From contig CAVSAC010000010.1 of NCBI GenBank assembly GCA_963725865.1, forward strand, positions 288,001 to 352,000: a stretch of DNA of 64,000 nt, given 5' to 3'. Position 1 is the stretch's first letter; every line of letters starts with the position of its first letter. This document shows positions 1-9,178 of this stretch, one piece after another. Position numbers and translations under genes: made by a program. The notes under the pieces are model-generated. The model was not told where the DNA came from, made no database searches, and saw only the letters and a program-made list of their open reading frames with translations. This DNA comes from Candidatus Eiseniibacteriota bacterium (lineage in GTDB: Bacteria > Eisenbacteria > RBG-16-71-46).

Positions 1-1912
1 TCCACTCCGCGTCCCGCCGCATCGCGGTGAACCCATCGAGCGTGCGCAGGCGCCCGGCGGTGGCGCGCAGCGTGGTCCCGTTCGCCAGCGCGTAGCGGGT
101 GGTGGCCTCGACGCGATCCTGCCGCTCGAGGTCGGCGGTCAGCGGCACGCCCCAGTCTTCCTGCGCGAACGGCTGCTCGAGCCGCGCGAACGGAGCGAAC
201 GAGCGGCCCACGCTGCGCGTCTGCACGCCAACGCTCGCCTCGCCCGGCAGTGGCCCGCGCACGCGGCCGCGCAGGCCGAACGCCACCCGCGCCGCGCGGC
301 CCTGGTCATCGCCGTCGTCGAGCGCGGAGAACGTGTTGCGGTCGAAGCGCGAGACCGCGCCCTCGGCCTCGAGCGTGGCGATGCCGAGATGCAGCCCGCC
401 GCCCGCGACCCACAACCGGTGCGACTCGGGCAGCGGCAGCGCGCGACCGATCACGAACGCACCCGCGCCGGGCCCGACGTAGCGGAACACGGTGCGGCCT
501 TCGACCGCGGTGGAGTCGGCGTAGTCGCCGGAGCCGTTGCCGACGCGCGCGAACGAGACGCGGAACTCCCCCGAGTCGGGACCGGCGTACGCGTAGACCA
601 GGCGGGTGGGGCTCACGCGCACGGTGTCGTAGTCACCGCCGCCCGCGGTGACGCCCGGGCCGACGGCCCGCGACGCGGAGTCGCCGGCGGCGGCCAGCAC
701 CGCACGGTCGGCGGCGTCGAGCGTCAGGTCGAGCGGGCGGCCCTGATCGTCGCCCTCGCTGAGCGCGCGCGCGAACACCCAGCCCGCGCGGCGTTCCCAG
801 CGCCCGCCGGCGGCGACCAGGTTGCGGCGGAAGCGATTGACCGCGTACTGGTAGTCGACGGTGACGCGCGACTGCGCGGTGACCAGCCGCTTGTTCGTGA
901 ACGTCACCTCGCCGCGCTCGTAGTCCACGAAGTAGTCCGCGCTCTCGCCGCGCGTGAGCCGCTGGCCGTCGAGCGTGACCACCTCGCTGCCCGCCACCAC
1001 CGCCACGCCGGTCGCACCGTCGCGGTCGGTGAGCGCGTAGGGTCCCTGGCGGCCCTCGACGCCGAGGAACTCCATGCGCCGGAACTCGCCCTGCGCGCTT
1101 GCGGCCGCGCCGACGAGCTGCAGGCCGTGCGCCTCATAGCTGCCGCGGGCGCCCTGCAGCCGGCGCTCGATGCGCCCGAACTCGCCGCCTTCGAGCCCGA
1201 GCGTCAGGTCGCCGAGCGTGGCGCTCGCCTGCGGCGCCTTGAGCTCGATCAGCACGCGGTCGAGCGCCTGCAGGTCCTGGGTGCTCCCGGTCGACGTGAG
1301 CGGAGTGTTGCGGTCGGACAGCACGCCCGTCAGCGTGACGCCGGGCGCCAGGCTGCCGCTGACGGCGAGGTCCAGCGACTGCCGCAGCGCGGCGTCCTGG
1401 CTGGAGCCGAAGTCGACCGCCAGCGTCTTGTTCCCGGTCAGCGTGAGCGCGGCGCCGGCCGGCGCGCTGAACGGCGAGCGCTGGCTGCCGGCGCGCGTCG
1501 GCGCGGCCCCGGTGGCCGGTGCCGGCGGGGACGGCAGCGTCACGCTGTCGGCCGCAGGCGAGGGCGGGCGATAGTGGTCGAGCTGGAACTCCAGCGGCGG
1601 CGGCGCGAGCAGCCAGCACGACCCCACCCACAGCGTGTCGCCCACCGCCGGCTCGTGCAGCAGGCGCAGCTCGCCGCGCAGCGGATCGAGCACGTAGTCG
1701 CGCCCGCGCACCAGCAGCCCGCCGCGCGTGCGCACAGTGTCCGAGCCCGCCCGCACGAACGGATGCGGCAGCCGGTACACGAGCGTGCCGGAGCGCATCA
1801 CGAGCGGCGCGACGCCGCAGGCGGGATCGCGCACCCACGGCGGCTCGTCCGCGCGCGCGCCCGTCGCGGCCAACAGGGCGAGGATCGCGGACGCGCGCGC
1901 CAGCCGGCGCAT
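1..1912 (-). CDS. Large conserved outer-membrane/secreted protein (FCB-type hypothetical, partly SprA-like); 3' end runs off the window
   Basis: Own translation from ATG at 1912: signal peptide MRRLARASAILALLAATGARA, then ...LTGNKTLAVDFGSSQDAALRQSLDL...GRQGPYALTD...VVAGSEVVTLDGQRLTRGESADYFVDYERGEVTFT. Absent from the ORF track, probably because there is no stop in the window. Confidence 0.7.
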   Translation of the reverse strand, partial: MRRLARASAILALLAATGARADEPPWVRDPACGVAPLVMRSGTLVYRLPHPFVRAGSDTVRTRGGLLVRGRDYVLDPLRGELRLLHEPAVGDTLWVGSCWLLAPPPLEFQLDHYRPPSPAADSVTLPSPPAPATGAAPTRAGSQRSPFSAPAGAALTLTGNKTLAVDFGSSQDAALRQSLDLAVSGSLAPGVTLTGVLSDRNTPLTSTGSTQDLQALDRVLIELKAPQASATLGDLTLGLEGGEFGRIERRLQGARGSYEAHGLQLVGAAASAQGEFRRMEFLGVEGRQGPYALTDRDGATGVAVVAGSEVVTLDGQRLTRGESADYFVDYERGEVTFTNKRLVTAQSRVTVDYQYAVNRFRRNLVAAGGRWERRAGWVFARALSEGDDQGRPLDLTLDAADRAVLAAAGDSASRAVGPGVTAGGGDYDTVRVSPTRLVYAYAGPDSGEFRVSFARVGNGSGDYADSTAVEGRTVFRYVGPGAGAFVIGRALPLPESHRLWVAGGGLHLGIATLEAEGAVSRFDRNTFSALDDGDDQGRAARVAFGLRGRVRGPLPGEASVGVQTRSVGRSFAPFARLEQPFAQEDWGVPLTADLERQDRVEATTRYALANGTTLRATAGRLRTLDGFTAMRRDAEW

Positions 1913-1915
1913 GCT

Positions 1916-2962
1916 CTAGTCGTCCCGCGGGTGCGGGACGAGCGCGAAGCGGCGCACGCGACCCGCGGCTTCCGCCACCAGCAGTTCGCCGCCCGGCGCG
2001 AACGCCAGCGCGCGCGGCGCGGTCAGCCCGGCGACGGTCGCGAGCAGGCGGCCGCCGGCGTCGAACACCCACAGCCGCCCGGTGGCCTCGTCGGCCACCG
2101 CGGTGCGGAGTGCGTCGTCCACCGCGACCGGCAGCGCGGCGCGGCCCGGCTGGACCGGCAGCGGCCAGCTCGCCACCGCGCGCCCGCCCGCGTCGAGCCG
2201 CTGCACCCGCGCGCCGCCGCGCTCGGTGGTGACCAGCTCGCCCCGCGGCGCCAGTGCGAGGCCGCGCAGGCCCCGGAACGAGCCGGGCCGCGGGCCGAAG
2301 CCGCCGATCGCGCGCAGGAAGGTGCCCGCGGCGTCGAATGCCAGCACCCGGTCGCGCTCGGCGTCGGCCACGAACCAGCCGCCGCCGCGATCGGCGGCAA
2401 GGTCGACCGGGTCGATGCGGCCGAGCTCGTCCGCGAGCGCGGCGCTGGCGAGATCGGCCAGCGTGCCGAGCCAGCGTCCGAACAGGTCGCACGTCACCAC
2501 GCGGCGGTTCTCGCGGTCCAGCACCCCGATCGACAGCGTCCCGAGCAGCGCCACCGCGCCCGGTCGGCGCAGCTGGCCGGTGTCGCTGCCCAGTCCGCCC
2601 GAGACGCCCAGCCAGTTCCCCGCCGCGTCGTAGCGCTCGAGACGATGGAGCGTGGCGTCGCTCACCCACAGCCGTCCGAACGCGTCGACCGCGAGCCCGT
2701 TCGGCTCCACCAGCGCGCTGTCGCCGGCGCTGCGTCCCTCCAGCACCACGCTCGCGCGCAGCTCGAAGGGCGCCGCAGCGGTGCGCGCCGCGGAGTCCGG
2801 CGAGGCACTCGACGCCGGGGCCGCCGGGACGCTGTCGGCGGTCTGCGCCTGCGGGGCCACGGTCGCGGCGCGGCGCGCGGGATCCGCGGGCGCGGCCGCG
2901 AGCGCTCGCGGCGCCCCGGGGGGCGCGAGGGCGAGTACCAGCACCAGCATGGAGACCGACAC
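1916..2962 (-). CDS. Secreted NHL-repeat beta-propeller protein
   Basis: C-terminal part of ORF 1916..3859 with repeats EPNGLAVDAFGRLWVSD, PVDLAADRGGGWFVAD, PRALAFAPGGELLVAE. GTG 2962 follows a G-rich RBS; ATG 2950 is the alternative start. Confidence 0.8.
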   Translation of the reverse strand: MSVSMLVLVLALAPPGAPRALAAAPADPARRAATVAPQAQTADSVPAAPASSASPDSAARTAAAPFELRASVVLEGRSAGDSALVEPNGLAVDAFGRLWVSDATLHRLERYDAAGNWLGVSGGLGSDTGQLRRPGAVALLGTLSIGVLDRENRRVVTCDLFGRWLGTLADLASAALADELGRIDPVDLAADRGGGWFVADAERDRVLAFDAAGTFLRAIGGFGPRPGSFRGLRGLALAPRGELVTTERGGARVQRLDAGGRAVASWPLPVQPGRAALPVAVDDALRTAVADEATGRLWVFDAGGRLLATVAGLTAPRALAFAPGGELLVAEAAGRVRRFALVPHPRDD

Positions 2963-2979
2963 GGGAGCCGAGCCCCCCT

Positions 2980-3894
2980 CTAGAATCCCGTCCGCAGCTG
3001 GAGATGGTATGCGGTGGGATCGTTCTCGCCGGCCGGGACGCACTCGAGGTGCCACGTGTGCTGGGTGGCGACCGGCCGGCCCGCGACCCGCGCGGCGTGG
3101 ATCATGCTGACCAGCCGGTTCGCGACCGCCAGCGCGAGCGCGGTGTTGGCGCGCAGCCCGGCGCGCTGCTCGTTCTTGCGCTCGCCACGGTAGCGCAGCA
3201 GATCGGCCACGCTCCCCCACGACCAGGCGTCCTTCCCACCGATCGAGTGCTCGGCGATGTAGGCGCGGTACGCGGCGGGATCGTTGTAGTGCAGGTTGGC
3301 GGCGTCGCGGAACACGACCAACTGGTTGTACTCGTCGCTGCTGAGGAACGAGCCCACGGTGCGGCGGTATTCCTCGTCGCGCCCGCGCAGGTCGACGCCG
3401 GCGTAGATGCGCGCGGTGCGCTCGTAGGTCTGGCGGCGCATCACCTGCTGGATCCGGAACGCGGTGAACGAGCCCCATACTCCCGCCTCGGCGGCCAGGA
3501 ACACCTTCGAGGAGGTGCGGCGGCCGGCGGAGGCCTGTCCCCAGCCGGGCAGCGTGAGCGAGCGCAGCAGCAGGCTCGCGCGGTGAGCGTCGAGCACGGC
3601 CGGCGCGTTCCGCGGCGGGCGTGGGGCGCGCTCCTTGGAGCGGCGGCCGGGCTTGGGCGGCTTGGGCGCGCGCGGGGTGTCCCCGCTGATGCGCGCCGCC
3701 AGCAGCTCCTCGTCGCCGGTGAGCGCGGGCGACTCGAGCGCCAGCGACGACGTCGGCACCGGCGAATCGGCGAACGGCGCCGAAGTCGCGCCGAACAGCA
3801 CCGACGTCACCTCGGCGGCGGACACGCTCGGCAGCGCGACCACGAGCGCGGCCATCCACAGCACGACGCGGGACGGGTGCGGCATCAGCGGCAT
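2980..3894 (-). CDS. DUF5683-like membrane/secreted protein
   Basis: Signal peptide; motif RSLTLPGWGQ...FLAAEAGVW...NRLVSMIHAA. Start overlaps the upstream stop (TGATG). Confidence 0.7.
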   Translation of the reverse strand: MPLMPHPSRVVLWMAALVVALPSVSAAEVTSVLFGATSAPFADSPVPTSSLALESPALTGDEELLAARISGDTPRAPKPPKPGRRSKERAPRPPRNAPAVLDAHRASLLLRSLTLPGWGQASAGRRTSSKVFLAAEAGVWGSFTAFRIQQVMRRQTYERTARIYAGVDLRGRDEEYRRTVGSFLSSDEYNQLVVFRDAANLHYNDPAAYRAYIAEHSIGGKDAWSWGSVADLLRYRGERKNEQRAGLRANTALALAVANRLVSMIHAARVAGRPVATQHTWHLECVPAGENDPTAYHLQLRTGF

Positions 3895-4679
3895 CAGAAG
3901 CTCCTCACCAGCACCGCCATCATCGTCGGCCCGCCGCGGCGCCAGCCGCTCTGGAGCCGGAGGTCGAGATTGCGGCGCAGCGGCAGGTCGTGGATGCGGG
4001 CGGCGCGCAGCGCGTCGACCGCGGAGATCGTGTGATTGAGCACCAGCCCCCAGGTCGCGTAGCGGGCGCGGCGCATCAGCTTCTGCTCGTCGCTGCGGAG
4101 GTCGTTGAACGAGCCGCGGGTCGCCTGGGACTCGCCGGCCCAGCCGGCGAGGTAGCGGTCGTCGCCCGCCAGCGTGCGCAGGTAGGCGGAGCGGTCGGCG
4201 GCATAGAGTGCGAGGATCTCCTGCGGATCGCCGCCGGTGGCGCTCGCCCAGCGCTCCGCGGACCAGGCGCTCGCGGGGTCGGTGGGACTGCCCGCGAACT
4301 TCACCGCATCGTCCCGGCGGTCGTCGGCGCCGCGCTTGAAGAGCGTGTGCGAGACCCAGCCCGTGGCCTCCGCGAGCAGGTACAGGTAGCCGCTGTTCTC
4401 CCCCACGTAGAGCTGCCCGGCGCCGGGGATCGCGGCCGACGCGGCGACGGCGGCGCCCTCCGACTTCCAGTCCGCCACCTTCACCTCGGCGTACACGCTG
4501 TCCTCGGACGGTCCCCACGTGCGCTCGATCGCGCGCTGCGCGAGGAACAGCCGCGGCGATTCGGTGCCCGCCATGATCGCCAGCGCGAGTGGCGAGCCGT
4601 GCGTCTCGGTGGCCCACGCCGCGGCCGCCCAGCCGAGCAGCGCCAGCGCGACCACGACCGCCGCCCGCCGCGCGCTCAT
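3894..4679 (-). CDS. DUF5683-like protein, paralog of the neighbouring gene
   Basis: Signal peptide MSARRAAVVVALALLG; motif SAAIPGAGQLYVGE...NHTISAVDA. ATGA overlap with the upstream gene. Confidence 0.7.
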   Translation of the reverse strand: MSARRAAVVVALALLGWAAAAWATETHGSPLALAIMAGTESPRLFLAQRAIERTWGPSEDSVYAEVKVADWKSEGAAVAASAAIPGAGQLYVGENSGYLYLLAEATGWVSHTLFKRGADDRRDDAVKFAGSPTDPASAWSAERWASATGGDPQEILALYAADRSAYLRTLAGDDRYLAGWAGESQATRGSFNDLRSDEQKLMRRARYATWGLVLNHTISAVDALRAARIHDLPLRRNLDLRLQSGWRRGGPTMMAVLVRSF

Positions 4680-7600
4680 CGCAGCAGTCCCACCTGGAGC
4701 GTCTGGTGGTACTCGTGACCCTGCGAGTGGACGCGCACCTGCACCAGGTACAGCCCGGCGGGCAGCGCGCCGGGATCCCACGTCACCAGGTTGTCCGCCT
4801 GCACGCCGTCGCGCGCGAACGACGCCACCTCGTGACCGGACGTGTCGAGCACGCGGAAGTCGACGCGAGCCGGCTCGGTGAGCTGGTAGGCGAACGTCAC
4901 CGGCTTGAATCGCGCGGGATTCGGATACGCGACCAGGGTGCCCTTCACCAGCGGTCCGCTGCTCGCCGCTCGCGCCACCGACGTGCGGGCGGCTGGCAGC
5001 GCGCAGGTGCGGCCGGGATCGCCGCCGAGCATCGGCCAGGCCACCGAGGGGCCGCTGCGCGCGGGCGCTCCGATCGAGTAGGCCCACAGCCGGTCGACGT
5101 GGTCGGGCGCGATCAGCTCGAGCGCGCCGTCGCCGTCGAGATCCGCGAGCACCGGCCCGCCGGCGGCGCCGGCGCCGCTGGCGAGCGGCCAGCCCGGGGC
5201 CTCGCGGCCGGTGGCGGTGAGCGCCGAGATGGTGCCGCTGGCGTTCATCGTCACCACCTCGCTGCGGCCGTCGCCGTCCACGTCGGCCGCCAGCGCCGGC
5301 GCCGCGCTCGGCAGGTCCTCGTCGGTGGGCCGCTTGGGCCAGCCCGGCGAGGGGCCGCCGGTCGCGTTCACGAACGCCACTCCCGAGCGCACGGTCTGCA
5401 CCAGCACCTCGGGATAGCCGTCGCCGTCGGGATCTCCGGCGCCGAGCCCGGGCGCCAGCGAGTCGGGGAAGGCGCGTCCCCAGCCCGGCAGCGGATCGCC
5501 GTTCTCACAGAAGGCGTACAGCCGATCGGTGTCGCGCACCACGAGGGAGTACGTGCTCGCGCACGGCGGCGCCGCCGCGGTGCCGGAGCCGCCGAAGGGG
5601 ATCCACAGGAACTCGGGCTCGAAGCCGGCCCCGTTGCGAACGCGCTTGAGCCACCCGCCGCCGGGGCCCGGCAGGGCGGGGCAGACGCCGAAGCAGAAGG
5701 TGCTGAGCAGCACGTTGCCGTCGCGCGAGCCGGCGGCGAACGCACCGATGAGGGAGGGCGGCTGTCCGGGCGCGGGGGCGTCGGGGCCCACGGCGTCGAT
5801 GCGCACGGCGAGAGTCCCTGAGATGTCGTCCGGCAGCGCGTCGCTGGCCATGATCGGCAGCCCGTCGGTGAGCGCGTAGGCGTGCACGCGGCGGTCGCTC
5901 TGTCCCACGAACACGGCGGCGTTGGGATAGCTGCCGGCGATCACCGGCGGTGTGGCATTCGATCCCACCTTGACCGGGAAGCCGCCGTGCTCGAGGCCCG
6001 CGGCGTCGAAGACGTGCAGCCAGCCGGCGGCGGTGTCGCCCGGGAACGCCTCGCGCGTCACCACCGCGAACAGCGCGCCGGGCGCTCCCACGCCGGGAGC
6101 CGCGATCGCGGCCATGCGCGGGTCGGGGCGCCGGTCGAGGTGCGCGAGCCGCGGCGGGGTCTGGCCGAGGTGGTTGGTGCCGTCGAGCTTCATCACGAAC
6201 ACGTCCGAGGAGTCGGAGCTGTCGCGGGTGCCGCCGGCCCACGCGATCTCGGGCATCAGGTCGCCGTCGGTGTCGACCGCGAGCAGCTCGGCGCCGCCGA
6301 GCGGGAACGGCTCCTTGCGCGGCCAGCCGGGCAGCGCCCAGTCGCGCGACGCGCGGACCCGCATGGTCGCACTCAGCGTGTCGAGGAAATCGACGCGCAT
6401 GTGCGTGCGGGTGCCGATGTGCGGGATCAGGCTGGGCGCGGTGCTGTCGGAGAGCACCGTGTTGTTGCCGACGTAGAACGGATCGAAGCGCGAGGTGAGC
6501 CCGTAGAAGATCGACGAGGGATCGCCGAGATCGTTGAGCCCGTCGGCTTCCACCACGCTCAAGCCGAGCCGGGAGTAGTTGGTGTTGATGCCGTAGTCGG
6601 GATTGACGCGCAGGGCGGTGTCGAGCGGGAACGCGAACTCGAGCGGGATCACGCTCTCGTCGACGTGCCACACCAGGACGCCGCCGCCATCCAGCAGCGC
6701 GTCGTACTCGAAGCGGTCCGGCGCCTTCGGCCCCATGATGACGCGGGTGGTGGAGTCCTGGTCGAGCTGCACCGAATCGGCCGGCGACAGGTAGCGGTTC
6801 TCGAGCAGCAGGTATTCGTCCCCGGAGAGGTCGAGGCGGCGGATGTCGGGGTGCCGCTCGCTGGATCGCAGCGTGTCCTCGACGCCCCAGTCGAGCGGCC
6901 AGCGCTGGATCGCGTCGGTCGCCCAGCCGCGCTGGAGCGGGTCGATGCTCGGCGGCAGCAGGCCGATGACCGGGACGTCGGTGCCGTCCGGGAGGAAGAC
7001 GTGCGCGAACACCTGGTTACCGCTGTCCATCAGGCTCCACTGGCCGACCACCGAGAAGCCCTGTTCGATGTCGTACACGTCGAAGAACCCGAAGAACAGA
7101 TGCCCGCACTCGTGCGCGAGCACGCCGTTGATGGTGCCGTAGAAGCTGCGGGGCAGGTCCTGCGTGATGGTCTCGGGGACGAACGAGGCGCGGTCGATCG
7201 CTCGCGTGGTCGAATCCGGGAAGATCACCACGTCGGTGTCGGACACCCCGATCGTGAACGACGGGATGTCCTCCTTGCTGTCCTGCTGGACGTCGCTCTG
7301 CAGGTCGCTGCCGGCGTGGATGATCACGATGCGGTCGTAGCGGTCCCACGGGATCCGATCGCCGAGCGCGATCGACTGCGAGTCTGCGGCAAACAACATC
7401 GTGCGGAACATGTCGACCGCCGCGCGGTAGATGCCCTGCCCGAACGACCAGGGGCCGAAGTCCGCCATGTCGGTGGCCGAGTAGGCGCCGTTCTGCGAGC
7501 GCGGCCACACGTCGGGCTGCACGACCACGCGCCCGTAGGTCTGGACGTCGTAGTAGCGCGCGAGCGCCTCCGCCTGCTTCTCGAAGTACTGGCGATTGCG

Positions 7601-8086
7601 GGGCGCGCGGTCGATCGGCGGGCTGGTGGTGTCGTCAGTGAGATCGAAGTGGCCGTCGCCGGACGAGGCCGATCCGCCACGATCGGTGAGGAAGTCCACT
7701 CGCAGGATCGCGACCCGCAGGGTGTCGGGCGGGCCGAGGTCGGTGGCCTCGGCGTGGCGCAGGCGCGCGCTGCGCGGATCGCGCACGGGGCGAGACCAGC
7801 CCGTGCGGCGGCTGGCGTTCGCGGACCAGTCGAGACCCGGCGCGGCGAGCACGTGCGGGAACGCGTGCGACGCGCGCTGGCGCGCCCGCACCCCCGCGAG
7901 CTCGTCGGGCGTCATGACGCCCGCCCGCACCGGCAGCCCGCGCGCCCGCAGGCGCGCGGCGGCGTCGGGGGTGATCACGCGCTGGACCCGAACGCCAGTG
8001 GTCGCGTGCGCCGAGGCGCCCGCGACCACCGAGGAGACGGCCAGGAGGAGGAGGAAAAGCAGTCCGCGAGGATGGGTCACGTTCAC
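4676..8086 (-). CDS. M6 (immune inhibitor A-like) zinc metalloprotease with FG-GAP repeats and C-terminal sorting (T9SS/FlgD-Ig-like) domain
   Basis: IIHAG, HECGH (HExxH), GQWSLMDSG, YLLLENR; DxDGDG repeats; tail YPNP...GLYLVQVR. Confidence 0.85.
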   Translation of the reverse strand: MNVTHPRGLLFLLLLAVSSVVAGASAHATTGVRVQRVITPDAAARLRARGLPVRAGVMTPDELAGVRARQRASHAFPHVLAAPGLDWSANASRRTGWSRPVRDPRSARLRHAEATDLGPPDTLRVAILRVDFLTDRGGSASSGDGHFDLTDDTTSPPIDRAPRNRQYFEKQAEALARYYDVQTYGRVVVQPDVWPRSQNGAYSATDMADFGPWSFGQGIYRAAVDMFRTMLFAADSQSIALGDRIPWDRYDRIVIIHAGSDLQSDVQQDSKEDIPSFTIGVSDTDVVIFPDSTTRAIDRASFVPETITQDLPRSFYGTINGVLAHECGHLFFGFFDVYDIEQGFSVVGQWSLMDSGNQVFAHVFLPDGTDVPVIGLLPPSIDPLQRGWATDAIQRWPLDWGVEDTLRSSERHPDIRRLDLSGDEYLLLENRYLSPADSVQLDQDSTTRVIMGPKAPDRFEYDALLDGGGVLVWHVDESVIPLEFAFPLDTALRVNPDYGINTNYSRLGLSVVEADGLNDLGDPSSIFYGLTSRFDPFYVGNNTVLSDSTAPSLIPHIGTRTHMRVDFLDTLSATMRVRASRDWALPGWPRKEPFPLGGAELLAVDTDGDLMPEIAWAGGTRDSSDSSDVFVMKLDGTNHLGQTPPRLAHLDRRPDPRMAAIAAPGVGAPGALFAVVTREAFPGDTAAGWLHVFDAAGLEHGGFPVKVGSNATPPVIAGSYPNAAVFVGQSDRRVHAYALTDGLPIMASDALPDDISGTLAVRIDAVGPDAPAPGQPPSLIGAFAAGSRDGNVLLSTFCFGVCPALPGPGGGWLKRVRNGAGFEPEFLWIPFGGSGTAAAPPCASTYSLVVRDTDRLYAFCENGDPLPGWGRAFPDSLAPGLGAGDPDGDGYPEVLVQTVRSGVAFVNATGGPSPGWPKRPTDEDLPSAAPALAADVDGDGRSEVVTMNASGTISALTATGREAPGWPLASGAGAAGGPVLADLDGDGALELIAPDHVDRLWAYSIGAPARSGPSVAWPMLGGDPGRTCALPAARTSVARAASSGPLVKGTLVAYPNPARFKPVTFAYQLTEPARVDFRVLDTSGHEVASFARDGVQADNLVTWDPGALPAGLYLVQVRVHSQGHEYHQTLQVGLLR

Positions 8087-8093
8087 CCCGGGT

Positions 8094-9041
8094 TTAGAAG
8101 CGGTACCCCAGGGTGATCTTCTTCACGTAGTCGAGGCCCGAGTCCTTCGCCTGCGGGATGCCCGCGAAGTCGAGGCTGAGCTTCTTCCAGTTGATGCCGA
8201 GCCCGTAGGTGAGGTCCTTGATGTCCCCGAGCGGGTCGTCGTAGTAGCCGAGGCGCCCGGCGATCTGATCGGTGTAGCGCGCCTCGACGCCGCCGTTGTA
8301 GACGCGGAAGTCGTTCGTCACCAGCGACTGGTTGAAGTCGCCAACGATCATGAACGCGAGCTGCTTGCTCTGTAGCGCGGTCCACGCCGCGCCCACGCGC
8401 ACGTTGCGCGAAAGCGGGCTCGCCTGGTCCTCGTTGATGAACGTCACGCTCGGCCCGAGGTTCTGCACGTTCACGCCCAGATTGAGCCGGGCGGCCGGGA
8501 TCTTGTAGAGCGCGCCGAGGTCGAGACCGAACGTGGAGCCGACGCCGCTCTGGCTGGTCGGCGCCAGCTGGATGCGGATGTACTTGAGCGTCGCTCCGAC
8601 CGCCAGGTCGGGCAGCAGCCGGGTGCCGTACGAGAGCGCCGGCGAGAACTCGTTCGAGCCGAACGTGCCGGTCGAGTTGCCCGAGGCATCCGCGCCCTCG
8701 CTCTGGCCGTAGGAGAGGAACACCAGCCCGAAGCCGAAGGCGCCCCAGCCCTCCATCGGCTGGACCCAGGTCCCGTAGTTGTAGGTCACGTCGGTCGCCA
8801 GGCCGGGCACCAGCTGCGCGTAGGTCAACTCCACCGCGCTCCGTTCCGCGAAACCGAGCCCCGCCGGGTTCCACCAGGTCGCCCCGGTGGCGTCGTCAGC
8901 CACTGCGACGCCGGCGGCACCCATGCCGTTCCAGCGGGCGCCGGGCTGGATATCGAGCGACCGGCCGGTGCCCTGGGCGTGCGCGACGGACGACAGACTC
9001 ACCCCGACCAGGACCGCCAACACCGTGGTCTTCAAGCGCAT
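8094..9041 (-). CDS. porV: PorV/PorQ-family outer-membrane beta-barrel
   Basis: LDIQPGARWNGMGAAGVAVADDATGATWWNPAGL N-terminal motif; ends ITLGYRF; lies directly after the porU-like gene. Confidence 0.8.
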   Translation of the reverse strand: MRLKTTVLAVLVGVSLSSVAHAQGTGRSLDIQPGARWNGMGAAGVAVADDATGATWWNPAGLGFAERSAVELTYAQLVPGLATDVTYNYGTWVQPMEGWGAFGFGLVFLSYGQSEGADASGNSTGTFGSNEFSPALSYGTRLLPDLAVGATLKYIRIQLAPTSQSGVGSTFGLDLGALYKIPAARLNLGVNVQNLGPSVTFINEDQASPLSRNVRVGAAWTALQSKQLAFMIVGDFNQSLVTNDFRVYNGGVEARYTDQIAGRLGYYDDPLGDIKDLTYGLGINWKKLSLDFAGIPQAKDSGLDYVKKITLGYRF

Positions 9042-9178
9042 ATGCGATTCTACCTCCAGGACGGAATACCCCCACTCGCAGAGCGGACAGGGATACTACA
9101 CCGCACGGCCGCGATCGGCTCCCGAATTCTGAGGTCCGGCCGGCCGCGGCGGCTGGCCAGTCCCCACGGAGCCGGGCG